From: Setoptus koraiensis
Taxonomy: Eukaryota > Animalia > Arthropoda
DNA: 64,000 nucleotides
Reading direction: 5' to 3'
Assembly (NCBI GenBank): GCA_048013815.1
Contig: CM106585.1
Coordinates: 4,588,001 to 4,652,000, forward strand
Shown here in pieces: positions 12,788-26,053 of the stretch; the first letter of the stretch is position 1; each line of letters begins with the position of its first letter. The notes under the pieces were generated by a model that saw only the letters and a program-made list of their open reading frames with translations, made no database searches and was not told the DNA's origin. A program made the translations under genes and the position numbers.

Positions 12788-15700
12788 TGTGTACAGGTGA
12801 GCCTCGAATGCGGCGCGCCTCGCCCTGCCGGCCAGCTCATCAATGGGGCCCAGACAGCGTTTAGTGTCTGGCGTATGGCGCGCGACATCGCGGCCGCACT
12901 AGCAACTGGATATTTATGGCGAGCTCATTATTTATGACGAAAGTCGGCGGCACAGCTTGGATTATCGTTTCGGGCCGATTTCGTTGTTAGTTGTGCGCTA
13001 TTGGCGGCCTATTGACATTAATAACAGCCACACACTGTTTGCCTAGCCCCAAGTCGGCGCCGTGAATCTCGGCAGGCTTTGTGCACGCTGGCGGGCCCGA
13101 TAATGCCCGTGGCCTCGTTTTTTCGCTCACTAGCTCAATGTGGGTTCACCGTTTGTTTGTATGTGTGTTTATTGGGAATTTAATCAGTCTGACACAGTTT
13201 GGCGAGCTAGCCAGCCAGCTCTAAACTGCGCCAGCAGCGACGCCAGCCGGCCAAACAAAGTGTCCCTGTCTCCCTATAATGCCGTCGTTAATATGACCGA
13301 GTCTCGCCAACAACAACAACAACAACAGCAGCAGCCGCCGCCGCCGCCGCAACGACAACGACCACGACGACAACAACATGTAAGCATTAAGCCCGGATTA
13401 GACAGGTGCACCTATTTGATGGGCATTAGTAGTCGCTGCTTCGATTGGTGGGCGCCGCTCAAGTGCGGCCCGAACGCGCCCCCGATGCAACCCCGAACGC
13501 GCGCCCATCAAATTTAAAGCAACCCATTTGTCGCATCATTCATGCCTGTCTGGCTTCTTATTATTATCTAATGAAATTGCCCGCCAACTGACCAGCATCG
13601 GCCGGCAGCGGCAGCAGATATTCGAGCCTAGCAGCCATTAGTTACCTATTAACTGCGGCCATGTTTGGGCCCCGTGCGAGCAGATTATTATTCGGGCGGC
13701 GCGCAAACAGATTAAATGAAATCTACAAATTGCAAATGCAGCGAAATCCAAAATCAATCGATCACAATTTCCTTCTAGGGCTTCCTCGGGCTCGCTCGCC
13801 TCGCAGACACTGCCGGGCATGCTGACAATCTGACAATCGTGAGTGGCGGGCCCACAATTGTCACTGCAGCGACCGACAGTCGAGCCCGAGAGAAAAGATT
13901 TTGCAGCCGAAAAGAATCTCGGCTCGTCTCGACTCGACACTCTCGAGTGCCCGCTCACTTCAGCAGCGCACCGCTATTGACGGCAGCGCGGATATTGATT
14001 TTTCTGGCCGCTGTTCGGGCCGGGCGCCCGAAAGTCTTGACATTTATTGTTGGCTGGCTGGGGCGCATCGCTGCAGCCCGTTGTCAGTCTATTTTCTACG
14101 CGCGGGTTTGCGTCTAACAGTCGGTCGATGCCGCTCGAAGCCGGTTCGCGCGCCCACTCGAGTGGGGGCGCGAAAATTAATTATCCGCCGAGCCGCTGCT
14201 GGCACACATTCATCACTGACTGAAATGGGAGCCAATGCTATTACATAATATACTGAAATTTAGGCAAAACAGCAAAATAGCCGCCGTGCTCGATTATGCG
14301 CAGCTGAATGAGCGACCGTGCCCTGTCGGGCCGGTGGGCGTTCGGCGATCGTTGATAATGACGGCTCGACAGATTATTATCGGCGCCGTGTTAGGGAAGC
14401 CGCGCAAGTGTGCCGCAGTTTCGAGCCAACCCGCTGCTCGAATGAGCGGCTAATAGCGGCAACATAATAATGCAAATTATCTATCGGCGCGTCACTTGTC
14501 GCGCGCGTATGCAAAAAACAGGGGGCGACAATTTGTGTGCAACGGCCAACGACAAGCGGCCCCAATCGGCGACAAGCGGCCCCCACACTGACAACATACA
14601 ACTGCGCTCACAGCAACGCTAACTGTTGAACAGTTGACAGTTTTGCCGCTCTGTCAAGTGGGGGCCCTAATTACGTTATCAATTATGATAATTAATGGCA
14701 TCATTAATTACGTCACGTAATTTGACAAAATTCAATAATGGCCATTTTAAATACTTGCGTTGCCATCAATGGGCAACGGGCGATGGCCGACCAATGGCAA
14801 TGATGGCTCAGCAGATAATGGCCGCTCACAGTGGCGCTCCTCTGTCCGGGGTTATCTGGCCGAATGGTCGAGTCGCCGGGCCCCAGCTGGACCGTCCAGT
14901 GTGACGCGACTCGCCGGCTGGCAATCGATGGGGCCGGCGAGCGGCGAATTGGCGGCCCGAAAAAGTTGGCCATGTGACAACAATTGCACTCATCATGCCC
15001 GTATCAGCGGCCTGTATCGCGGGTCACGTGCTTATACGCGACGTCACGCGTTGCTCCTCGGGGGCGCTCTTTGGGCGGCTATCGCAAGTGAAAAAAGCGG
15101 CCCAAAGCAACGACGGGATAACGGGCCCGCGACGGGACGTGTCTCGCTATCGCATCTGTCATCTGATAGTTTGAATCGCGCGCAGTCAGCTGACGCGCTA
15201 CGGCGCCCATTATGAGTGTTTGTTTGGTTGGGGCCCGTCGCTCTCACTCATTGGCCATATGAGTGTCGAGCGGAGCCGGTTCAAGTTACAACTGGCACGT
15301 ATCGTTGCGCAACCCGCGCAGCCCGTGCGGCGCCGTCCCATTGGCGGCTGTCATTTAATGAGTATTATAATGAGCGCCAGCAACATTGTCTCACAGCGCG
15401 CAACTGTCAGTGCGCAGCGTTGGCAGTGTCTCAATCGCAATTGCAGTTGCAGTTGTTGTCGCGAGATTAGTATCAATCAATTTGATCCGCCGGCTATGAT
15501 CGCCGATACAGCCGCTCCTTTCCAGCCGCTCGTTTTCAGTCGCTCGCCCGAGCGGTTACTGCTCGCTTAGTGCGGGCAACCGTCGCCCCGACGGTTACTC
15601 GGTTAATGCGGGCAATTGTCGCGCACTAACCGGGACGGGACCCGTCTAGACGGGGTCTGGACGCGCTGGCGGGAATATGCCGGGCTGAATATATAAATAA

Positions 15701-15834
15701 AGTGCGCTCAGTCAACTCAATTATTTTGCGCTCAATAAAAGTCACGCACGCACAGTGCGCCCGGCACAGTGTGCCGTTGAGCGGCCCGGCGCGCTGTGCG
15801 GCAATGCGGTCGCGAGTCGCTGTGTCGCCGCCTA

Positions 15835-15912
15835 GCGACTATAGCGACCGCGGGCACAGCGAGCGCGAATACAGCGAGCGCGGGCACAGCGAGCGCGGAT
15901 ATAGCGAGCGCG
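15835..15912. repeat. Degenerate 18-mer tandem repeat (AGCGAGCGCGGGCAC-type) x ~4
   Basis: Recurring (t/c)acagcgagcgcg units. Confidence 0.8.
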
Positions 15913-16011
15913 GTGCGCGGATACGGCCACTATAGATAGTTATGGCGAGCGCTCATTACAACAACGAGATGATTATGCAACCACCACCCACCGTGAGTGA
16001 CTGACAATCGT

Positions 16012-16113
<102 letters not shown>

Positions 16114-17499
16114 GGCTAATATACTGGCAGCGTTATAGCGAGACAAGGGGCCAACTGCACCGTTTATGTACAATAAAAACAACAAATGACGAGGCCAGGG
16201 TTCAAGGTCGGCCCACGGTCCGCGCTCGACCGCTGGCGCCATCCAGCGGACGGCGCCGGCTCGACTCGAGCGCAAATCATATCATTTCGCAAGTATTGTT
16301 TTCAGCACTGCAGTGCGTTGTCGCGAGCTCATTTGCATTTCGACATCAGCGCCCCCCCCCCCCGACAGTTAGTAGTGTGGTTAGTTGGTGTGAGCGCCAC
16401 CTGTATCATCTGCATGCGCATTAGCCGTCGGCCGTTGACAGTGACAGCGTCGGCCGTTAACAGTGACAGCACTGGCCGTTACGTAATACGCGCTCCCAGT
16501 TGCCTAATGCAAGCGCTCCGCTCGTGTTTTGGGCCACTCAACGCGCGGGCCCCAAAAAGAGTGGCACCAATGGAAGCGATTGCGACACTGGCCGAACATT
16601 GCGCCGTTCACTGTACACAGAGCAATGTATACAAATGTGACCTTGGTATCTCGACATATTGTTTGCTCGCACTGGCACCCATCACGTTGTATGATGTAAG
16701 TTGCGTCATACGATATCAGTCATGTGATCACACTTGGCTCAACAAACCAAATGCGACCAGAAAAGACCAACAAAAAGGGTGCATTTTGGGTGCTATCACC
16801 GCTAACTCGCCACACTAATCACTAGTGACTAATGTGGCTGTAATTTGGCTGGCCCTGGCGGGCTCAGCCTGAACTGGCTGCACAACAAGTATTTATTTAT
16901 ATTTATGGTGGCAGTGGCGCAAGTGGCAACCATAAATATGTGTGCTGGCAAGCTCGCTTTATGGCAACCCTTTATTGCCAGCCACTTTCTTTGTCTCTCT
17001 CTCTCGCCAGTTTCCAGTTTCCAGTTGCCAGTTGCACCAAATTATACGAATGCACAGATAATTTCATATAGCCTACACCTACACACGATGATTTATCTGG
17101 TTGTTTTGCATAACGGGCCAAGGCATGCAGCTAAACGATTAGCTAAGCGATGTTCACTTGCAATTTATACACACAAACACACATTGCAAATCAAATTTGC
17201 ATTTTGTGTTTGTGTTGTTGGCGTTGTTGGCGCTCCATTCAATTTGCGTACAAGTTTCTGCACTGCAAACTGCAAGCGACAAACAAACATTGATTATTTC
17301 GGCCACATTGCGCAACGGCTCACCTGTGTGTCGCCAACTAAATCATCATGATGAATCATAATGAATAATCATCGCTCTTTGTCTATTCACTTTGCTCTTA
17401 CCTCTTTGCTATTACCAGTGATAATTGGAATCGCCAGTGTGTGTTTGCTAAACGCGCTCGCAATAATAATTTGCCGTTTTGCAACTCGCTCGCCAGCTC

Positions 17500-17592
17500 G
17501 CCGAATACTTAAGTGAGCCGAATACTTGAGTGAGCCGAATACTTGAGTGAGCCGAATACTTGAGTGAGCCGAATACTTGAGTGAGCCGAATA
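17500..17592. repeat. Tandem 17-mer (GCCGAATACTTGAGTGA) x 5.5
   Basis: Units start at 17500, 17517, 17534, 17551, 17568 and 17585 (partial). Confidence 0.95.
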
Positions 17593-18125
17593 TTGTGAAT
17601 AGCTAATTGCACAGTTAATTGCAAAATCATAGTCATCATTAATTAAGCGTTGTCCCACTACGCGGCCGGCGAGAAAATAATTCCCGGCATAATGGCGATA
17701 ATAATAATTAGTTTTAATACTTGCGCTCGTTGCAAGCGCTTGTCGCCTGTCGCCTGTCGCTGGCGTGCCTGGCGTTTGACTTTGCGATCATCTGATGATT
17801 ATGCAATTGAGATTCGTTTGTCTGTCTGTTTGTTTGTTTGTCTCGACTGTTTATCGTGAGCGGCAACAATCGATCCGGTTAGTCGCTCCACCGACAGCGA
17901 CCCATCCACCAAAATGGCCGCCAATGGCATTGATACAAACCGCTGATTATTGCGCCGGCCCGGCCGCTTGGCAAGGCCGTCCAGCGAATCCATCTCATTG
18001 GCTGGCTGGCGTGAAGTGCAAAATTGAATGGGCGCAACAATACAAAGTAATGAGATAATTCAAATCGTTTCAGGCGACTTTCGGCCCTTGTCGCTCGACT
18101 CGGTGTCATCGCGACACAATACAAC

Positions 18126-18237
18126 GGGCGACCGACAGCGGGCGACCGACAACGGGCGACCGACAACGGGCGACCGACAACGGGCGACCGACAACGGGCG
18201 ACCGACAACGGGCGACCGACAACGGGCGACCGACAAC
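18126..18237. repeat. Tandem 14-mer minisatellite (GGGCGACCGACAAC) x 8
   Basis: Eight head-to-tail units with no spacers, so not a CRISPR array. Confidence 0.95.
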
Positions 18238-21200
18238 CGGCGACTGGCGACGGGCGACGGGCGACAATGACGGTGGCGGCCAGCGCGGCAACCGGCGGCG
18301 ATGTTCGCCGCCACCGTCAGACGCTATCATTAGCTATTATTGCTAATAATTTATTAGCTATTATTAGATCACCGTGCGCGCATTATCATTGTTATTATTA
18401 TCGTTGTTATTATTATCGTTGTTATTATTATGGTTGTTGGCCGTTGTTGCGTCGATATTGATATTTCACATTTTTACATGATGTGTGTATAAACAAATGA
18501 AATAATAGATTGCATGAAAAGATAATTGCACTCGCGCGCTGCCGTGGTCGTTGTCATTGCCGATGTAACGGTTGTGTGTGTGTGTTTACTTTAAATAGAA
18601 AACGAGCCGAAATTATTATTACATTTTTGCCCTAAGTAATAATTAATGATCGCCAGCCAAAGGATTGGATCGCGGCGAGCATCGAGAGACAACACACTGA
18701 ACAACAAGCGCGACAACAATGAATCAAGGTTTGATGACATTGCTCACTTCCACCTGTTGCCGACTACGTAATGTCAATGTCATCACGCTCGAGCTCGAGC
18801 TGGCTGTTTAAGGCCCGGCAGCGACAGTTTGGCGTGTGGAGAGACATGAGACCAGAAATGAGCCAATTCATCCATCGCGGAGGCCATCGGAGAAGGCATC
18901 ACCGCCAGCTAATGGTCGCACGGCCGATGTGAAGGCATTCGAAGGCATGCCAAGGCGACCTAAGCCGACGTAAGCCGACCACATAAGGCGAGCGCGACGA
19001 CGAAAATTAAAGTGTCTCATTAGTTATTTCCTGATTATTTTTTCAAATTGCCTGCCGCTGATAACAAGCCTCAAACAACTTTCGCTCTCCGATTGAGCCG
19101 ACAGCCAGAGTGAGTCCTGTGCCGTTCTCAAAGAAATCCAACAAATACAAACAACAACCACAGCAGAGACAACAACTACGAACAATGTCACATTGTTCGC
19201 AACCAGTCGCTCCTGTCATATCCTACATTTTATTTAATATCCATTATATGTTATATATTATATATTGTAAGTGTCGCAACAACAGAAACAGGCAGCGCTA
19301 TCAAATTGCCCTATTGACATAAAAGAATCTGGCAAGCTTGCCGTGATTGCCTTGATTGCTCCAATTGAGCACACACACACACTTTAATACAGTGACTGTA
19401 TCGGGCCATATTGTAACACAATGGCCGATTGCTAAATTTAGACTAATTCCTGGTTCAATCTCGTTGCCGGTCATTGCCATTCTCGCTGTCGCTGTCTCTT
19501 TAATCGAGACTCTGGATGGGTTAAACAGCGCCACTGTCAGCCATCTAATGGCTAATAATAGCTAATTGACATCGGGCAACCGCTACAACTACTCGCTGTT
19601 ACATACTGTTTTGTGCCAGATCAAAATCAATGTCACCCGTTTTGTTGTTGTCTAACAGTGAGTATGCCAACTAATGGATAACTTATGTGTGACTTATGGC
19701 AATGAATTCAGCCAAAAAAGAGACAAAAAATTCATGGTTAACCGGCACTCAATATCTTGTATAAACGATAATAACGATATTGTATGATACACGTAATTGC
19801 AACACACGCACAACACACACGCACGACACACACACACACACACACACGACACACACACACACGCACGACACACACAAAGCGAAGAGTCCTCAAATCGATC
19901 TTGGCGCCGATTGGAGGCGCCCAAATCAGCTGACGACTGTCAGCCGCACAGCCCCAGGTGAAGGTGACAGGTAGGTCATTGTCACATTGTCAGCTGGCTG
20001 CCGATCGGCGGTGTTGCGCTGATTATCGGCGGCTGATACACTGACACAATGATCAACAATAGTATTGATTCAATACGCTCACCATTCTTGACTTGATTGT
20101 GACGAATGGGCAGTACAGCCATCAGCTGATTGCAGCCATCAGCTGATGATACCTGTTGAATCGACAGTGTTGATAGTGGCTGTCACTTCAAGTGTCACCT
20201 GGCGACCCTTCATTAGCTTCATTAATGCGCAAAAGTGATCGGTGGCGACAAATTGTCGTGAATCAATTCAATCGCCGGACAAGTGGCGCCAACATGCGAC
20301 GGGCAATCTGGCGATCGGGCGGCTTCTCACAATTGTGAGCCAGCTAAATTAGCGCGCCCAACAGTTAGATGATCATCATGTTAGAACAGTCGACAAATTA
20401 ACAGTTAGATGATCTAATTTAGATCAGACGACGGGTTCACTTATTGCTAGTAACTTATTACTAATAAGTTATTAGTTTTCGGCGAGCCTTGCCTACTGCG
20501 GCCAAACAAGCTCGCTGAATGTTGATTGGCCCAGCCGTAATCTTGACAGCGCAGAGAGCGGTGAGAGTCACTCTCAGAGAGTGGCGAGCATCTGACAAAC
20601 AAAAATCGTGAGCCAAAACTGACAACAGCTTGCCAACCACGTAACGAGCGATAATTTATTGCTCAACGCTAATTAATGCACCGCTAATCAAATTGATTTG
20701 GTCAGCCGAGAAGAGGCACAAGTGCGCGAAAGTGCAACACCGAACAGTGCATTTCACCGTGAGGGAAATTATCATTTATTTATAAATAATAATAATTAAT
20801 TATAATTTCAGGCTCGTTTGTATTCGCCACTGTGTGTGTGTGCGTATAGTTTCAGGTGACGTTGTAGCCGGTTGCGAGTATTATCATTATAAAGTGTTGC
20901 ACAAATATCGCAAATCGACTAGAGGCCCGCAACGAGCGTTGCGCGCCACTTCACACGACCAATGGTCGGCCGCTGGCTGGCTGGCTGGCTGACTGCGATT
21001 ACATAATAAATGAGCTGACAAGCTGACACAATCTTATGGTCGCTTGTCACGACCACTGTCCACTGTTTGCGGTTCGTCCGATCGTCGACGAGCGACAATA
21101 ATTCGTGCGATGATACATATATAAATATAAACACACAGGTGATGACGGTTGTGCGTTGTTTGTGCTCACACGCACACGCACACACACACACACGCACGCG

Positions 21201-21260
21201 CTAACAAGTCAAGGTCGCCATCAGATGTTCAGAGCGACGATGTTATCTGATAGGATGACT

Positions 21261-21400
21261 AGAGATTCTCAAACTGACAATTGAGTGAGATTCTCGAGCT
21301 GAGATTCTCAAATCGAGATTCTCGAGCTGAGATTCGCAATTCGAGATTCTCGAGCTGAGGTTCGCAAGTTGCGATTCGCGATTCGAGACAATCTCGAGCT
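21261..21400. repeat. Degenerate GAGATTCTCGAGCT / GAGATTCTCAA tandem repeat
   Basis: Recurring GAGATTC(T/G)C units. Confidence 0.8.
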
Positions 21401-22951
21401 GACAGAACAGAGCAAGCGACAGATGAAAAGATATTAAAAGTGTATCAAAGCGATCTGATTGATATTCCGATTTGATAACGCAACGGCCGACGAACGTTAT
21501 TCGGCTCGTCGACGCTCGAAACAGCGCGCCACTTAATGGCGAGCTCAGCAAAAATAGCAACCGTGTATCTCGACAAAAGTCGGCATTGGATTGACAGCGA
21601 GCTCAACAAGGCACAGGTTGCGCAGAAGACAACAAGCACGAAATTAAGTATTATTATTAATAACCGGTTAAATGACATAACACACACACACGCACATACG
21701 GCGACACAAGTTTGTGTCGCCGAGACTCGGCCGGCTGACAAGACACAAGTGAGTTGGCTCAGCACGCGAGCTCAACTTGTTCGCTGGCTGCCGAAATAAA
21801 ATCGAAATCAAAATAAAATCAACTGGCCGCGAATTAAAAACAATTCTCATTCGGCTTCTTTTTCGCCTTGCTCGCTCACTCTCGTTTTTTCGTTTTCCCC
21901 TTCTCGCTCTTTTCTCGCTCTTTTTCCGCCGTCTCTCTCGCTCTCCGTTGCCAACAGTGGCCAATGTCACTACCACTGCTGCTGGCCAACGAGCCCGCCC
22001 GTTCGCCCGATCGAGCTTGCCAATCGAACAGCTTGCCGACAGTGGAAGGATCTAGCCCTTGCTGAGCAGCGCACAAGCCGCAATTGCAGTTGCAGTGCAG
22101 AAAAAGCTATTCTGGATCGATCCAATTCGATTGTGTTTCTATTCACAAGTTCGCCAGTTGCGATTCGGTTGCGATTTCCCAGTTCCAGCGACGATTGGAA
22201 ATAGTAACTGCGTGTAGGCAGAGCCATTGCTATTTGTATCAACGGCGACAACAGGCGAGCAGTGGCTTGAGCAGCACAGGCGAGCCGAGCTAAGACTGAC
22301 GCCAACAGGTGAGCCGATCGAAGCGAACAGGTGAGCCGATCGACGCCAACAGGTAGCCGCACAGAGGCAGCATCGGGTGGTGGCTGCCGTTGGAGTGCCG
22401 TACAGCAGCGAAGAACAACAAACAAATTCGATTGCCAATGATAGATGGCAAGCCAGTGAGAGATTGCGAAATAAGAACGACAACGACGACAACCACAACA
22501 ACAACAACAACAAACAACGAGTTTAGTCAGGACAAGCAAACGGTTATTTGCACAGTTATTGCCAATTCCTATCAAGCTTGCAACCGCCGATTCGTCAGTC
22601 AGTGGCGGTTCGTGTGCCAGAAAAGCGACTGAAGATCACATGTCAATTGAGAGCTCATTGAGATTAGATTTTCGACAAGCGAACCTGTTGCTGCTGCTGT
22701 TGTTGTTGGCTAGCCAGCGACAAATACCAACAAATATCCGTCAGCAGCACTCATTGAGCTGCTCACATCGACTGGCTATCGCACACAGTGACAGTTGTTA
22801 TATTTGGCAAACAAACATGGATATTATTATTATTATTTTATACATACAGGCAGTTTTTTGTCGTCGTTACACAACACAACAACAACAAACTAACAGTTGC
22901 AACAATTGTTAGTTGTTGTTTGCTGATTAATTAGCGCGCCATCACAACAAC

Positions 22952-24531
22952 ATGTCCAACAATCTGCACGACAATAATATTGGAAAACCAAACAACAGCA
23001 ACAACAATATAATTAGTGAAGAGCGGCGCCTACCAGAGCAAAACAGCAACACCGACGACCAGTCCAATGGGGCCAATCAAACATCGGCCAGTGTGCTCGT
23101 CGAAGACAACGGCGCCGTTCTATTGGACGGCATACAAATCGGCCAAGTGGGCCCCGCCAGCCAGAGCAGCAGTTTGTGCAATTCAGTTGTGTCAACGGCC
23201 CACTGTCACCTGTCTCATGCGTCCAGTTTGACATCAATGAAATCCACTGACACAAACAACACAACAACAACAACGTCGTCGTCGTCGCTGTGCCGCACAA
23301 ACTCATCAGACGACCTGTATCAATCATCCTCCGACGACCACTCGGGCACTAGACCCATTTTGAAGCAGCCCGCCGGAAACGGGGGCCCGTCTCTGTTGAG
23401 CAGACTGACAGCGCCGACACTGTTGACTGGCGGCAGCAGCAGCAACAACAACAACAGCGCAACAGCCGACACAACCAAGCCAACAACAACAACAACAACA
23501 ACAAACGGTGCATCGGTAGTGCCAACGAGTGATCACGTGATTAAAAAATCAGCTAACAAATTGAAATCAAAATCAAACACAACAACAGCAACAAACATAA
23601 AATTCCAACTTGACAACAACAATTATGACAGCAACAACGGCGCAACCACCCTGTCCAGCGGCCGGTCGTCCAGGCGCCACCACCAGAGAACGCCACTGTC
23701 GGGGGCCCTGCTCGGCTTGGGTCGTCAGTCGCTGTCTAGTAGCAGCAGTTTGGATCATCACAACAACGAGCACACTATGCGCCGACACAACCAACAACAA
23801 CAAATGGCGGGCGGAAGTCACAGAATATACAAAAACTCACCATTTGGTTTAACTAGACACTATTTAAGCATGCCAGGCAGCGCCGATGAGGACCACCTGC
23901 AACCGGAAGTGCGGCCCGCCACTACCCACTCGGCAACAGCAACAACAGAGCCGTCGCCAGGGGGCGCACCGCCAACGGGAGACCACTTGGTGAGGAATAA
24001 GACGACAGATTTGAGCACCATTAGTGGTCAGTTTAATGCCAGATACCTGGGCTTGAACGGAGACGACGATCTGCCAATGAGCACCAGCGAAGCCCAACAA
24101 CAGCAGACAAATATGGGCCCCAATCAGCAACAGCAACAACAACAACAGCAGCAGCAGGAAAAACTCATGATGCTCATACCCGATTCGGCCAGTCAGCTTG
24201 CGGCCAAAATGAAGCGGGCCTCGTTCGGGCAACTGCCCGGCGCTGACGACGACGACGACATCACCGGCTGCAACAACAGGCGCCAGCGGGACGCCAAGCG
24301 CTCAATAGCGGGTTGCAGTGGCAAAACAAGTGGCTCGAGTGCCGCCAGTTGCAGCAAGACCGAGGCCGGAAGTGAGAAAAAAAAGAAGCACCAGCAGCAG
24401 GCAAGATCGTCGACTTTGTTGGTCAAGTTTTGCAGCATTATTTATGCAACTTTCCTAATTATATTGGGCTGTATACTTCACATAGCCGAACTGCGCCAGA
24501 AAAGTCGCAACTCGAGCGACCACATCTACAG
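22952..24531 (+). CDS. Otop: Otopetrin-family proton channel, coding exon 1 of 3 (long low-complexity N-terminus plus TM1)
   Basis: ATG at 22952 with an in-frame TAA at 22928. The 527-codon ORF ends in hydrophobic LLVKFCSIIYATFLIILGCILHIAEL, followed by donor tacAG|GTGAGT (phase 2). Joined CDS 22952-24531, 25021-25927, 26054-28042 = 4476 nt = 1491 aa. Confidence 0.85.
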
Positions 24532-25020
24532 GTGAGTTACATGTCATATGTCGAAAATGTTACATGCAGACATTATTGACACATAATCGGCTAATGAGCA
24601 CCGGCTGTATAATAGGTGCTCATTTTTTTTTAATTATTTTGAACTAGAATCGTTTCGAACGACGCCGGATTTCGGTTTTTTCGGCTAGGTGAAAACTTGA
24701 TTTTTTCACCTGAAATTGCTGGAAAAATCTGCCGGGGACGCTGGAATTGCTGAAAAAAATGCACAGTCTCATGCGATGCAATCTCCGGCATTTTTTCTGT
24801 CCACAACCCTTCTAATTCGGTGTTTTCGGTGGACGCGAACGGCATTAAAAACACTTGAAATGCACAAAAGAGTATTCGCGGCGAAAATCAGCCGAACCGC
24901 TGCTCTCATTATGATGTTACTACCGTTCGTATAGTGTGCCAATCAGCTCAATACTGACCCCCGTCTTTTTATTTGAATTTATTCTATCGTTATTTAAATG
25001 TCAAATCACCATTTGCGCAG

Positions 25021-25927
25021 CTCGGTGGTGGCGCTCATCGGCATACTATGGTTAACGTTTCTACATTTTGATTTGCAGCGCTACAAGAATTACGCCTGCA
25101 AATTCATACTTATCGAGTCAATATTCAACGATCACCACCAAGGCGGCGACGACACCCGCCAGCAGCAGTCGTCGTCGCGTTCCGTTTCCGGTCAATCGCT
25201 GGACAAAATGAGCATGAACACCGAGGTGATATTCAAGAAAACTGCGCAACATTTGTCCAGTCAGGCGGCCGCTATTCAGGCGATGCGTCAAGCGAACAGC
25301 CGCAGAGAGAGGGCGCTGTCGAAGGCTCAAATAAAACGGATGAGCATGAACGACATTCAGCAATACGAACAGCAACAAGTGCAACAGCATCAGGCCTACA
25401 CGGACGCCATATCGTCGGCGTCGTCCACATCCTCTAATTCGGTTCTGTTGGTTAATTCGGACAACAACAACATTAGCAACAGCCGAAAGATGTCGTCGGC
25501 CATGCTACTGCAAGGCTTTCAGTCGTCGCCCACGCTCAGCGGCAACAAAACGTCAAGCTCGTCCCTGGATCAGCTGGTCAATCACGCCGGCAACGGGCCG
25601 GGCCAATTATTGTTTGACCGGGCCCAATCGGCAAACATAAATCACATAAACAATTATTATCACAACGACAATCAATTGATAGACGACGATCTCGTGCCCG
25701 CGTACAGATTTTTGCACGGCAAAATGGGCGCCAATTTCTATCTGAAATGCGGCATGGCCGCCTTCTGTTTCGGGCACGTCATTCACGAGGGCCTCCGTTT
25801 CGGGCAACAGGTCTACTTTTTCATGACAGACAACTATCCCTGCCAGGATGTGGCCGCCCTGGTGGCGCACCTCATAACGCCCCTGTACTCCTTCTATCAG
25901 CTGTTCATGATGTTCAAGTACTCGAAC
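25021..25927 (+). CDS. Otop: Otopetrin-family proton channel, coding exon 2 of 3 (TM2-TM4)
   Basis: Acceptor atttgcgcAG|c restores the frame (HIYS-SVVALIGILWL). Contains the otopetrin-typical GANFYLKCGMAAFCFG and YQLFMMFKYSN; donor aac|GTGAGT (phase 0). Confidence 0.92.
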
Positions 25928-26053
25928 GTGAGTTGACCGACTCTGTCATCTCTGTCAATCCATCCATCGAATATCCGTTTTTAACTTATAATTATTTGCT
26001 TTTTTTATCTGCGTCTCTTATTTGCATATTAATCTTTTTGTGCGACACACCAG

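Noticed and set aside
13293-13385. ATG-polyQ-polyP segment ending at cat|GTAAGC, as a possible upstream otopetrin exon
   Set aside because: The phase-0 donor does not match the phase-1 acceptor-like site before the Otop ATG (22934), and the peptide is purely repeat-derived.
17500-18237. Regular direct-repeat arrays resembling CRISPR
   Set aside because: No unique spacers, no cas genes and a eukaryotic context; these are minisatellites.
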